From an archaeon (GTDB lineage Archaea > Nanobdellota > Nanobdellia > Pacearchaeales > JAPDKA01): a DNA stretch of 64,000 bases. The number at the start of each line of letters is the position of its first letter. Position 1 is the first letter of the stretch. Both the position numbers and the translations under genes were made by a program. Under the pieces are notes generated by a model. It worked only from the letters and a program-made list of their open reading frames with translations, was not told the DNA's origin and made no database searches. Positions 20,227 to 31,996 of the stretch are shown piece after piece. The DNA lies in assembly GCA_029258825.1 (NCBI GenBank), contig JAPDKA010000001.1, positions 35,548 through 99,547 of the forward strand, in the 5' to 3' direction.

Positions 20227-20789
20227 TTTACAATAGGTAGTTCTCCATATAAAGGAACACCATAAGCTAATACCTCGTTATAAAAAGCTGGATCGTGCTT
20301 TACTTTCTTTTTCCATTCAGTCCAGCTATAAATATGTAAACTAATAGTTCTGCCTAAGTGGTCCTCGAACTTGATTAGATTAATAGATTTTCTCTTTCCA
20401 ATTACCAATAAATCTATATCACTATCTAAAGTATCTTTACCTTGAGCAAGAGACCCAAATAATACTATAGAAGAGACATTAGGGATATTTTGAACTAAAA
20501 AATCTATCAATCCTGAATTAACAAGCTGATATATACTATAGGTGATCTTAATGTATTTAAAAACTAAATTAGAAAGATTTGGTTTTATATACCTCATTTT
20601 AGCTTTTCTTTCTTCCAAAAGAATTTTCTTTCTAACTAATACATCAACATATTTTTTTACAACAAAAGGACTCAATTTAAGAATTCTTGCAAGTTCTCTA
20701 ATATAAGTTTGTTTGTAGGGATTAAGAACAAAATATTCTATAATTTTAAATAAAGGGTGATGCGCTTCTGTCATGATATTTCTTTTCAT
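20223..20789 (-). CDS. wHTH-fused nucleotidyltransferase (MNT)
   Basis: N-terminal HTH (YIRELARILKLSPFVVKKYVDVL) plus IVLFGSLAQGKDTLDSDIDLLV GS...DxD motif; paralog of 37445-37978. Confidence 0.65.
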   Translation of the reverse strand: MKRNIMTEAHHPLFKIIEYFVLNPYKQTYIRELARILKLSPFVVKKYVDVLVRKKILLEERKAKMRYIKPNLSNLVFKYIKITYSIYQLVNSGLIDFLVQNIPNVSSIVLFGSLAQGKDTLDSDIDLLVIGKRKSINLIKFEDHLGRTISLHIYSWTEWKKKVKHDPAFYNEVLAYGVPLYGELPIVK

Positions 20790-20990
20790 AAATTGTTTTT
20801 ATTTTTTATCTTTATAAATTTATCGTTTTTAAAAAAAAACAATTGTTTTTATTTTTGAAACGATCAAATTAGAATATAAAAGTTATCAGAAGTATAACTC
20901 AGCAAGATTCTTTTCAGGCAATGGTAGCTTGAGACCGTAGTATCTAGCCAGCTTAAGAAGGTTAGAGTAACAAAAAGTTAATTTAAAGCA

Positions 20991-21428
20991 TTAGACTAAT
21001 AACCTTCGCACACCTCGCAATTCATGCGTTAAAAGTTCATCAAGAGGAGTAATACAAACACAGCCTGCTTTGCCATAAGCATGAATAACTTTGTTGTTGC
21101 CCAAGTAAATTGCAACATGACCAACTCCGTTAGGCCATTTATCATTTGTATGAAACTTGTTGCCTTTAACAAAAATTAAATCTGCAGGCTGCAACTCGTT
21201 AAGCGAAATTGGAATGCCGCATTCTATTTGTTCAATACTACAACGTGGCAAGTTTACGTTAACATGAGCAAAAACAAACTTAACAAAAGAAGAACAGTCA
21301 AAGTAATGCGGTGCTTCATCGAGAGTAGCGCCATATTTGTATTTAGCGTTAAGACAAGCCAAAGCTATAGAAAGCACTTTTTTTACTTTTTCTTCCTGGT
21401 TTTGTGCTCTATTTATTTGAATTTGCAT
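20991..21428 (-). CDS. NlpC/P60 family cysteine peptidase
   Basis: YKYGATLDEAPHYFDCSSFV (catalytic Cys in the FDCS motif), GHVAIYLG...VIHA (catalytic His); 145 aa. Confidence 0.65.
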   Translation of the reverse strand: MQIQINRAQNQEEKVKKVLSIALACLNAKYKYGATLDEAPHYFDCSSFVKFVFAHVNVNLPRCSIEQIECGIPISLNELQPADLIFVKGNKFHTNDKWPNGVGHVAIYLGNNKVIHAYGKAGCVCITPLDELLTHELRGVRRLLV

Positions 21429-21436
21429 TTTAAAGA

Positions 21437-24071
<2,635 letters not shown>

Positions 24072-24111
24072 TTTGTGTATTTTTTTTGGATTTTATTTTG
24101 AGGCATACACA

Positions 24112-24136
24112 ATGTATATATAGAATATATATACAT
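24112..24136. promoter_or_regulatory. perfect palindrome ATGTATATATA-gaa-TATATATACAT in a divergent intergenic region
   Basis: 11-bp inverted arms seen directly; same ATGTATA/TATACAT core as the palindromes at 37338, 38417, 61678 and 61721. Confidence 0.3.
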
Positions 24137-24269
24137 GGTTTTTAAATGTTTCGGTTTATCTTCAGTTCATGAGGTACCATTTTTTAGTAATTAAACGAAA
24201 AATTTTTAAATAATAAAAATAAATTAGGAGTCGGTCAAAAGAAATAAAAAATTAAAAAACACTAAAAAA

Positions 24270-24659
24270 ATGTTTCACTATCCACTTCCCTCTAAAGAAA
24301 AAAGTAAAAAAAAGGGTAAACGAAGATTAGTTGATAGAATATTAAGAGATATAAAAGAATGGGAAAAAGATGAATGGAATACAGGAAAGGGCCTATGGAC
24401 AGAACAGTACAAAAGTAATCCTATAAAAATTACTGTGAAGTATGGGGACATAGAAAAAAAATGCACTATTCAAGTAATTATACAAAGATTATACTCTCGT
24501 TCAGAAAAGCAAGATTTAGAAAAGGGAATATATGATGTATTCATTTATCTTACTGATTTTTTTAAAAGATTAGGTATTTCATCTAATTTTACAGAAAATG
24601 AAATGATAGAGTTATTTAAAAAAGCAAAATCGTATGTGGAACAACGCGAGTCTAACTAA
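24270..24659 (+). CDS. hypothetical protein
   Basis: 129 aa ORF with A-rich leader and plausible RBS; no recognisable motif. Confidence 0.35.
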   Translation: MFHYPLPSKEKSKKKGKRRLVDRILRDIKEWEKDEWNTGKGLWTEQYKSNPIKITVKYGDIEKKCTIQVIIQRLYSRSEKQDLEKGIYDVFIYLTDFFKRLGISSNFTENEMIELFKKAKSYVEQRESN

Positions 24660-24661
24660 GC

Positions 24662-26206
24662 TTACCCAAAATACTTCGCTTTTTCTTCTTCAAATTTGTC
24701 TTTTCCTGTAAAAAAAGAAAACCAAGGGTATGATGCAATAAATTTTTCTCGCAAATAGGAAGCAAGTTGGCGGATTTCCCATTGAGCATGTTTGTCGTAT
24801 CTCAAATTAAGAAAATGATAAAACTCGCGAAAATTCATCATGCAGTAAACACGTCTTTTGTGAGCATTAGTAAGCACATATGCTGCATTCCAATAACCGC
24901 GTTCTCGCTCGATTTTCCTGTACAACGCTGAAGACGATTCTATTATTTGAATATACCTTTTAGCCAGCTCTTCATTGTTTGCAATACTTTCAGGAATTAC
25001 AAACCCAAACTCTGGCATGTATTGTTGCGGTAATAATGTCATCATTCTATGTCTCTTTAGTTGCGCAAAACAAGAAGCACTCATCACAGCAGAAAATGAT
25101 ATTGATGCATTTTCGAATTCTCTAGGTAAATCGTGATATGATTGCATGTACTCAAGAATCGCTTTGATTAATTCTCGTTTTTGTGCTTCAGTTAAATTTT
25201 TTGCCAGTTCTAAACATATATTATAATCGCGCCGTGTATGATGGAACAAGAAAGCTGCAAAGATCGGTGCATCATCGTCTAGCTTCACATATTCAACTGT
25301 ACAAGTTCTGCTATTTTCAGCTTTAGCATGATTATTAACAGCAACCGATTCTGTTAGAGATTTGCATAATTCTTCTAACTTATTTTGTTTATAATATTCA
25401 TCCGCATTTGTATACTTAATAAGATGTTCGACATATGGAACTTTATAAACTACTTGTTTTAATTTTTCAGCTAAGGCTTTTGCTTCATTTAACTCATGCG
25501 AGGCAAGCTTCTGAATTATGTATTCTAATTCCCTGCCATTAACACTAAACTCAAGTTTTGTCAATGTAAAAAGTGGTAAAATAAAACGTGCGTCCTCTTT
25601 TGGTATACCTGCTCTAATAGCGTGATTATAAAAAGAGATTTGTTGATCACGCAAACCAGCAACATCAGCACAATCTTGTAATTCTGGTGGTATAGGCAAT
25701 TCTGCTGAGTTAACATCAACAAACCGTTGTGATTTTTCTGTATAGCTTGCTAAGCGATGTTTTTCGATTATTTCCATCAATAATCGTGTTCCTATAATGT
25801 CAACATTAAAGTACATATGTTCAACTATCGATTTGTGACCCATTCTAACAAGTTTTCGGTCAAGTTTAACCAATTCTTCTATATTATTCCTGTAATAATT
25901 CCGCAGTTGCTCGAAACTTTTCTTTTGATGACTAATACCAGCACATGCTGTAGCAATCACAGCAGGTGAAATCCTTGAAAGAAAACCTTCAAAACATGCA
26001 AGAGCTGCAGTTTTTCCTTGTTTATTTAAAGTATTATTTAAAGTATCAACAAATTGCGCGATTTCCTTGGAAAGTTGTTCAATATCAACATTGTAGCCAT
26101 AAAGATTTACATAAGGCAAATCTGCAGACTTGCCATCAAGCATAACTGAATAATCCTGCATAGAAAACTGCAACTCGAGAAATTTAAAAAGATTTTTATA
26201 TTGCAA
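24662..26206 (-). CDS. thyX: flavin-dependent thymidylate synthase ThyX-like, tandem Thy1 domains
   Basis: First half MGHKSIVEHMYFNVDIIGTRLLMEIIEKHRLASYTEKSQRFV matches the ThyX core (HxS..EH....RHR-x7-S-x-R). Second half has a degenerate repeat (FAQLKRHRMMTLLPQQYM) lacking the Ser/Arg. Confidence 0.55.
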   Translation of the reverse strand: MQYKNLFKFLELQFSMQDYSVMLDGKSADLPYVNLYGYNVDIEQLSKEIAQFVDTLNNTLNKQGKTAALACFEGFLSRISPAVIATACAGISHQKKSFEQLRNYYRNNIEELVKLDRKLVRMGHKSIVEHMYFNVDIIGTRLLMEIIEKHRLASYTEKSQRFVDVNSAELPIPPELQDCADVAGLRDQQISFYNHAIRAGIPKEDARFILPLFTLTKLEFSVNGRELEYIIQKLASHELNEAKALAEKLKQVVYKVPYVEHLIKYTNADEYYKQNKLEELCKSLTESVAVNNHAKAENSRTCTVEYVKLDDDAPIFAAFLFHHTRRDYNICLELAKNLTEAQKRELIKAILEYMQSYHDLPREFENASISFSAVMSASCFAQLKRHRMMTLLPQQYMPEFGFVIPESIANNEELAKRYIQIIESSSALYRKIERERGYWNAAYVLTNAHKRRVYCMMNFREFYHFLNLRYDKHAQWEIRQLASYLREKFIASYPWFSFFTGKDKFEEEKAKYFG

Positions 26207-26272
26207 TATCGATAATTGAAAAAGTTGCGAAAATATTTAAAAATAAAAGACTATGTTATGGGCAGAAGCTGA

Positions 26273-26345
26273 AGCCCGGTGGTGTAGCGGTCAAGCATAC
26301 CAGGCTCTGGACCTGGTGACGGCGGTTCGAATCCGCCCCGGGCTA
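26273..26345 (+). tRNA. tRNA-Gln (anticodon CUG)
   Basis: AGCCCGG acceptor, anticodon stem CCAGG-loop CUCUGGA-CCUGG, T-arm GGCGGUUCGAAUCCGCC, acceptor CCGGGCU + discriminator A. Confidence 0.8.
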
Positions 26346-26380
26346 TACCAATCATTCTAATTCTAAAGAAAAAACCGAAA

Positions 26381-29300
26381 TCACAACTTAATGCTTACAA
26401 CCTTACTAACTCCATCACGCATTGTTACACCGTAAAGATATTCAGCTTGACTTATTATGGCATCGTTATGCGTTATGATTATACATTGGTTATGTTTTAT
26501 ATGTTTCCTCATCAACTCTGCCAATCTTTCTGAATTATGTTTGTCCAAAGCTGCGTCAATTTCATCAAAAATGTAGAAAAAGTATGGCCTGAACTTTTGA
26601 ATAGCAAAGATAAAAGCAAGAGCAACAAGCGTTTTTTCCCCACCGCTCAAGCTGTTTATGTCAAAATATTTACCTTTAGCAAGTTTTATTACAATATCAA
26701 CACCTCCAGCAAAAGGATCCTCCTTATTTTCAAGTTCAAGCATTGCTGTGCCTTTACTGCTTAAACTGGCAAAATTCCGAGTGAACTCACTATTGATCTG
26801 CTCGAATGTTTTCATGAACGTTCTTTTCTTTTTTCTATCGATCTGCTGTATCATTTTTAATATACTCTCTTTCTCTTTTACTAATTGTTGCATTTTTTGT
26901 TCTATTTTTTCATATTCTTGCTTAACATCATCATAAACTTCAAGAGCGCGTAAATTAACGCTGCCGATTTCACGCAATTGCTGTTCAACTGCAATCAGCC
27001 TTGCTTTTAAATCATCAATGCTGCGCTTAACTGCAATCTTTGCTGCTATTTCAAGTTTTTGCTCATCACTCATAACTTTTGCTTTTTGCTGTGTTTCAAC
27101 TTGTTCAGGCTCTTTGAGTTGAAGCTGTATTTCTTGCTGTTTCTCACTATCTTTTGTTTGCTCTTGCCTGTCTAGCTTAGAAACAAGTAAAGCAAATTGT
27201 TGTGGATGCTCTTCAATCTCAGTAAGTATTTCTGAGCGTAAAGCATGGATTTCAGCGTCAATCTTAGCCAACTCTATCTTGGTTTCATTAATCACAGACT
27301 GCAAACTGTATGCTGCTCCCTGCAGTTCACTATGTTTTTTATCTATTTCTAAAAGTTTGTTCTGCAACTTTGTTTTCTCATCAAGAAGCTTCTTAAATTT
27401 CTCATTTAGTTTTTGTTCTTGCAATTGTTTTTGTTTAAGTTCCGATGTAATGTTGCTAAACTCTTGTTGCAACTCACTAAGTTCTTGTTCTGTTTTGGGT
27501 ATATCTTCCTCAATTTTCTTTATAACAAACTCTATACGCGATAATTCTTTTCTTGCCATACTGAGTTGCAAATCAACATTGGGCTTGTTTGTTATGCTTA
27601 GCCTTGCTATTTCTTGTTCGATTGTTTTTATCTGTTCTGTAATGCTAAAGATTTGTTGAGAAACGTGCTGCTCGTCTTGCATAATTTTTAATGCATCATC
27701 ATATTTTTTCTTTAGCTCATCTATTTGCTTTGCTAATTCTCGCTTTTTTTCTTCTAGCTGTTGCTTGTTCTGCTCTAAAGCATTTATTTGTTTAGCAATC
27801 AACATATCTTCTTTTGCTTTTTCCAACTCAACATTAAGAGATGTAATTTTCTCATTTATGGCTTGTTCTTGTTTTTGCAATTGCTGCAATCTTGAAGTTA
27901 ACTGCTGGATTGTTGTAGATATATTGTTAATTATTTCGGAAAACTTTCGATGTATTTCTTCTCTGGCTGCATCATCAATAACACGTAAGCATGTAGGGCA
28001 CTGTTGAGACGCTTTAATTTTGTCAAGATCTTGCTTGTGCATATTTTGTTTTGTTGTTAGCTCAACGATTTGCTGTTCTATTTGCTTTATTCTCTGTCTT
28101 ACTTTTTGCAATTCTTCTTGCTGTTTTTCTAGCTGATTATTTATGTTAACTGTGTCTATGCCTGTAAGGTTTTTTTCTAGCTCGACAATATTTTTGTTAA
28201 TATTTTCTATTTCATTAGCTACAGAAAGCAATTGTTTTTCTTTTTCCTCAATCAAGGCTTTAGCCTTGTTGCATTCTTGACTTGCCTGCGTTATGCTTAA
28301 TTGCTTTTTTTCGTAGTACTTCAATCTTGCTTTAAGTTGCTCAAGCTGTTGCTTAAGTTTTTTCAATTTAGCATTAACATTGCTGCTTAATGCTGTTTCT
28401 TGTTCTGCCTCTAGCTCGGAGATTTGTTTTTGTAAATTGCTGATGTCCTGCTGCAATTGTTTTTTTCTTGCTTTAAGTTGTTCGAGTTGTTGCTTGCGAT
28501 TTTCGATGGTAACGCTTAGTCTTGCCTGTTCTGCTTTCAATTCTGTAATAGATTTACGTAATTCTTCTTGTCCTTGGCCAGCTTCACTTTTTATTTTTTC
28601 ATCGATAGAGTTAATGCTGTTAACTATGCTTGCTCTCTTTTGCTTTAATTGTTCGATTTGTTTAGCAATGCGGTCTTGTTCCTTTGCTTTTGCTTTTAAT
28701 TTAGCTTCAGCTTTTTGTTTTGCCTCTTGTTTTTCTTTTTGTTTTTTTACAAGCAAAGACAAACGCAATTTCAGCAGTGTTGCCTCAAGCTGCTTGAACT
28801 TCAATGCTTGTTTACGTTCTGCCTCGAGATTTTTCAGATATGCATAACGCTCATTCAAAATTGTTCTAACCTCTTTTAGTTTTGCTTCTGTCTTTTCTAA
28901 TTCGCGTAATGCTTTTTGCTTTCTTGCTTCATAAATACCGATACCAGAAATATCTTCAATCAGCTTACGTCTGTCTTCAGAACGCATTGTTACGAATTTA
29001 AAAATTTCATCCTGCAAAATAATGTTAAACCCATATGGATCTATACCTTGTTGGCCGAGCAATTCTAGCAGCTCTTGTCTTGTGCATGTTTTATCGTTAA
29101 TCTTGTATTGGCTCTGGCCGTCTCGTCGTATTATTCTTGAAATCTTTATTTCTTTTGGCTTTTCATTGCCTAAAACAAATGCGCCATCAGAATTATCAAT
29201 ATAAAGCTCAACAATTGCCTGCTTTGCAGGTTTTTCATATTTACCACCATTATAAATCAATCCAGACAATTTTTCAGCACGCATACTTTTAATGCTAAGC

Positions 29301-29452
29301 CTACCCAAAACAAAGCATAAACCATCTGTAATGTTGCTTTTGCCAGCTCCGTTAGGACCAATAAACACGTTCATACCTCTGGCTAATTCAATAGTCGTCG
29401 GTTTCGCAAATGACTTAAAACCATTCATAACAATACGCTTAATATAAGGCAT
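26381..29452 (-). CDS. smc: chromosome segregation ATPase SMC
   Basis: 1023 aa; N-terminal Walker A GPNGAGKSN, long coiled coil with a central hinge, C-terminal ABC signature LSGGEKTLVALAFIFAIQ and Walker B YIFDEIDAALD. Confidence 0.9.
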   Translation of the reverse strand: MPYIKRIVMNGFKSFAKPTTIELARGMNVFIGPNGAGKSNITDGLCFVLGRLSIKSMRAEKLSGLIYNGGKYEKPAKQAIVELYIDNSDGAFVLGNEKPKEIKISRIIRRDGQSQYKINDKTCTRQELLELLGQQGIDPYGFNIILQDEIFKFVTMRSEDRRKLIEDISGIGIYEARKQKALRELEKTEAKLKEVRTILNERYAYLKNLEAERKQALKFKQLEATLLKLRLSLLVKKQKEKQEAKQKAEAKLKAKAKEQDRIAKQIEQLKQKRASIVNSINSIDEKIKSEAGQGQEELRKSITELKAEQARLSVTIENRKQQLEQLKARKKQLQQDISNLQKQISELEAEQETALSSNVNAKLKKLKQQLEQLKARLKYYEKKQLSITQASQECNKAKALIEEKEKQLLSVANEIENINKNIVELEKNLTGIDTVNINNQLEKQQEELQKVRQRIKQIEQQIVELTTKQNMHKQDLDKIKASQQCPTCLRVIDDAAREEIHRKFSEIINNISTTIQQLTSRLQQLQKQEQAINEKITSLNVELEKAKEDMLIAKQINALEQNKQQLEEKKRELAKQIDELKKKYDDALKIMQDEQHVSQQIFSITEQIKTIEQEIARLSITNKPNVDLQLSMARKELSRIEFVIKKIEEDIPKTEQELSELQQEFSNITSELKQKQLQEQKLNEKFKKLLDEKTKLQNKLLEIDKKHSELQGAAYSLQSVINETKIELAKIDAEIHALRSEILTEIEEHPQQFALLVSKLDRQEQTKDSEKQQEIQLQLKEPEQVETQQKAKVMSDEQKLEIAAKIAVKRSIDDLKARLIAVEQQLREIGSVNLRALEVYDDVKQEYEKIEQKMQQLVKEKESILKMIQQIDRKKKRTFMKTFEQINSEFTRNFASLSSKGTAMLELENKEDPFAGGVDIVIKLAKGKYFDINSLSGGEKTLVALAFIFAIQKFRPYFFYIFDEIDAALDKHNSERLAELMRKHIKHNQCIIITHNDAIISQAEYLYGVTMRDGVSKVVSIKL

Positions 29453-29545
29453 GACTATGTTATTTTGCTTTGCATTATAAATATTTCGTTAAAACACGAA
29501 ATGCAAACTTTAAAGTTGCAACGACACATTTTTAAAAGTTGAAAC

Positions 29546-29962
29546 TTGAAAAGGTTTATGAAAGGAACAATTTTAGATTTGATGCATTTAGGTTTATTTG
29601 GATGGTTTGTTGGAAGCGTGGCAGTAATAACAACGATAATAGCATATGTATATATTTCAATTGTGCTGTATACTATTGCAAAAAAACTAAAAAAACCGTA
29701 TGCATGGATGGCATGGATACCGTTAGTAAACTTAATATTTTATATGCCGATGTTAGCAGGGTATGAATGGTACTTTGGTTTTCTGTATATACTTATGTTT
29801 ATTCCATGGGTGGGAGTGCTTGTACCTATCGCATTGATGGTTTGGTGGTGGTGGAGAATAGCAGAAAACAGGAACTTTCCGGGATGGCTTGGAATACTGA
29901 TGATAATACCAGTAGTGAACATAATCATACCAGCAATAATAGCATGGGCTGAAAACAAATAA
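29546..29962 (+). CDS. small Trp-rich integral membrane protein
   Basis: 138 aa, 4 predicted TM helices, WWWWRIAENRNFPGW segment; divergent from smc. Confidence 0.45.
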   Translation: MKRFMKGTILDLMHLGLFGWFVGSVAVITTIIAYVYISIVLYTIAKKLKKPYAWMAWIPLVNLIFYMPMLAGYEWYFGFLYILMFIPWVGVLVPIALMVWWWWRIAENRNFPGWLGILMIIPVVNIIIPAIIAWAENK

Positions 29963-30003
29963 AACTCGTTTTTATTTTTTTATTTTTATTATTTTTTTAT
30001 TTG

Positions 30004-30714
30004 TTAAAAAAACTCGTCAAGTTTTTTCTGTTGTTTTTTATTTATAGCATTTTTCCATGTTTGCCAAGATTTTCTAAAAATTCCAGCATGTTTAAACTTG
30101 TGTGCATGTTCTTCAAGAAAGTGTATTGTTAAGGGATCGCTCGGATAACCGCTACCAAAATCAAAACCAATTTGCTTTTTTATTTTTTCAATCTGTTGAT
30201 CGCGAACTGTTTTGGCAATTATTGATGCTGCTCCGACTACAACATGTTTTGCATCAGCTTTGTGCTCAACAATTAATGTGCAATCATAATCGATGTATTG
30301 CTGGAGATAATTCTTCCATGCTTTTATATTTGTTGAAGGACAATCGATAAAAACTGTGGGTCTTTCCCTGCGTAGTTCTGTTTGTGATTTGGTTTGAACT
30401 TGTTGTATTTTTTTGATTAGCTCATTAATAATTTTGGCAAATTTAATTGCTTCAAGTTTATTCATGTTTAATCCTGCATTAACTCTTGCGTCAATTTCTG
30501 TTGGTTGTATTATTGCTGTGATATAAGCTAAACAAGTTTGCTTTATCAATTCAGCAAGTTGTTTACGCTTGTTTGCGCTTAATTTTTTACTGTCACGCAC
30601 CCCTGCTTTCTTCATAGCTCTTATTTGTTGCCATGTTGCTGCAACACCGGCAAGCACCATCGGCCCAATTACAGGACCTCTACCGCTATCGTCAACACCT
30701 ATGTAGATTTTCAT
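30004..30714 (-). CDS. rnhB: ribonuclease HII
   Basis: N-terminus MKIYIGVDDSGRGPVIGPMVLAGV = RNase HII DEAGRGPV-GP motif; 236 aa. Confidence 0.85.
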   Translation of the reverse strand: MKIYIGVDDSGRGPVIGPMVLAGVAATWQQIRAMKKAGVRDSKKLSANKRKQLAELIKQTCLAYITAIIQPTEIDARVNAGLNMNKLEAIKFAKIINELIKKIQQVQTKSQTELRRERPTVFIDCPSTNIKAWKNYLQQYIDYDCTLIVEHKADAKHVVVGAASIIAKTVRDQQIEKIKKQIGFDFGSGYPSDPLTIHFLEEHAHKFKHAGIFRKSWQTWKNAINKKQQKKLDEFF

Positions 30715-30787
30715 AAATAAAACATGCTAAACGTATTTTTAAATCTGCGTATTTAAGCTGCTGTTTTGTCAAAAAAGAAACAGAAAG

Positions 30788-30862
30788 TAGCGGGGGGTGG
30801 ATTTGAACCACCGACCTTCGGGTTATGAGCCCGACGAGCACTCCTGGCTGCTCCACCCCGCT
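30788..30862 (-). tRNA. tRNA-Met (anticodon CAU), initiator-type
   Basis: Reverse complement AGCGGGGUGGAGCAGCC...UCGGGCUCAUAACCCGA...GGUGGUUCAAAUCCACCCCCCGCUA; A1:U72 and G29-G31:C39-C41 are typical of archaeal initiator tRNA. Confidence 0.85.
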
Positions 30863-31033
30863 GTTATTATTATAACATTGCTACTTTTAAAATCTAACGA
30901 TTGATAGAATTTAAGTAAACATGTATAAATTATATATCTTTGTTAATTCACAAACCACAAATAAATTTTTGGTTATAAATGAAATTAAAAATAAAATTTT
31001 TTAATAATGAAAAATACAAAAATTTATCAATAA

Positions 31034-31528
31034 TCAATGAATAATTATTCTATCATATGATCTCTTAATTCTAAAACTTATCCTTTCTCCTTCTATATCA
31101 AATTCTATAGACTTATACATTTTTTTCCCAAATGCAATCCTTTTACCATCTTTGTAGTAAACTTCTCTTTCTCCCTTAATAATTATTCTAATTTCTTCTT
31201 TATCTCCATCATTAATCTCTGACTCTATTCTAGAAGCTAGATATACTATATTTGATAGATCTCCAAACCCTCTCTCTGGACTCACATCTCGACATAGGTT
31301 ACACAAAACAGATTTTTTCTTTTTTCCATTTTCTACTACAACGCTTATTACACCCCGCAACCGAGCTTCAATTACATCAGAGTAGTCTCTAATATGGCTA
31401 ACAGTATATGCTACTCCAGTAGGTTGGCCAGAAATTACTGTTTCGAAATCTTGGATTACTGGTTTTGATAATTTTGTAGATGAGCCCCAAAATGCAGTCA
31501 GTAAAAGTAAAATATTAGGCAGTTTCAT
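31034..31528 (-). CDS. hypothetical secreted protein
   Basis: 164 aa; N-terminal signal-peptide-like MKLPNILLLLTAFWGSS; no catalytic motif recognised. Confidence 0.4.
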   Translation of the reverse strand: MKLPNILLLLTAFWGSSTKLSKPVIQDFETVISGQPTGVAYTVSHIRDYSDVIEARLRGVISVVVENGKKKKSVLCNLCRDVSPERGFGDLSNIVYLASRIESEINDGDKEEIRIIIKGEREVYYKDGKRIAFGKKMYKSIEFDIEGERISFRIKRSYDRIIIH

Positions 31529-31627
31529 GCATTAGATTAATTAATTAGCTTTTAAAAATCTTTCGGTTAACCACTTTATAATTAATACGTTTCCATCTTT
31601 TTGATACAACCCCCTGCATTTAGATAA

Positions 31628-31996
31628 TCAAAAACTAAGCAAAGTGATGCTGTATTTTCGTTTTACTGAGAAGTTTTTTGCTGCTAAAAATTTTAGATGC
31701 TTGTTTTCTGCCAGCCTTATTATTTCATCTGTGGCTTTACCGTCTATGATAACACCGACTGCATTTTTTAGTTTTGATTTCTTTAGCACTTTTATCAAAT
31801 CGTTAGCAGATAGTTTTTTAATAACATTAAAAGCGCTGTCAACTATATAAGCTTGTTTCGTATCGCTAATTTCAATGAATAATGGGGATAGTTTATCATA
31901 GATTTCTTCAAGGTTCTGATTAATATTAAGTTCTATTCCTGTTATTTTTGCAGTTTGTGTAGTTTGCTTTTGCCTTTGCTTTAGTTGTCGCTTTTG
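31628..31996 (-). other. Met-less 123-codon in-frame extension immediately downstream of the dnaG TAG stop (probable DnaG C-terminal region)
   Basis: Hand translation in the dnaG frame right after TAG (31997-31999): QKRQLKQRQKQTTQTAKITGIELNINQNLEEIYDKLSPLFIEISDTKQAYIVDSAFNVIKKLSANDLIKVLKKSKLKNAVGVIIDGKATDEIIRLAENKHLKFLAAKNFSVKRKYSITLLSF then TGA (31628-31630). Stop-free for 123 codons in ~30 percent GC DNA and contains no ATG. 307 + 123 = 430 aa (431 codons counting the TAG position) matches typical archaeal DnaG length. Confidence 0.45.

Noticed and set aside
20871-20990. Moderately GC-richer intergenic patch examined for tRNA or C/D-box sRNA
   Set aside because: No cloverleaf, no RUGAUGA/CUGA box pairs, no convincing stem. 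Probably promoter/terminator DNA between the NlpC/P60 gene and the MNT-HEPN operon.
26537-29204. Plus-strand ORFs inside smc (26537-26764, 26658-26936, 27279-27659, 27765-28007, 28380-28847, 29022-29204)
   Set aside because: Antisense to the SMC coiled-coil region. Products are Cys/Ser/Phe-rich low-complexity reflections of K/E/Q codons.
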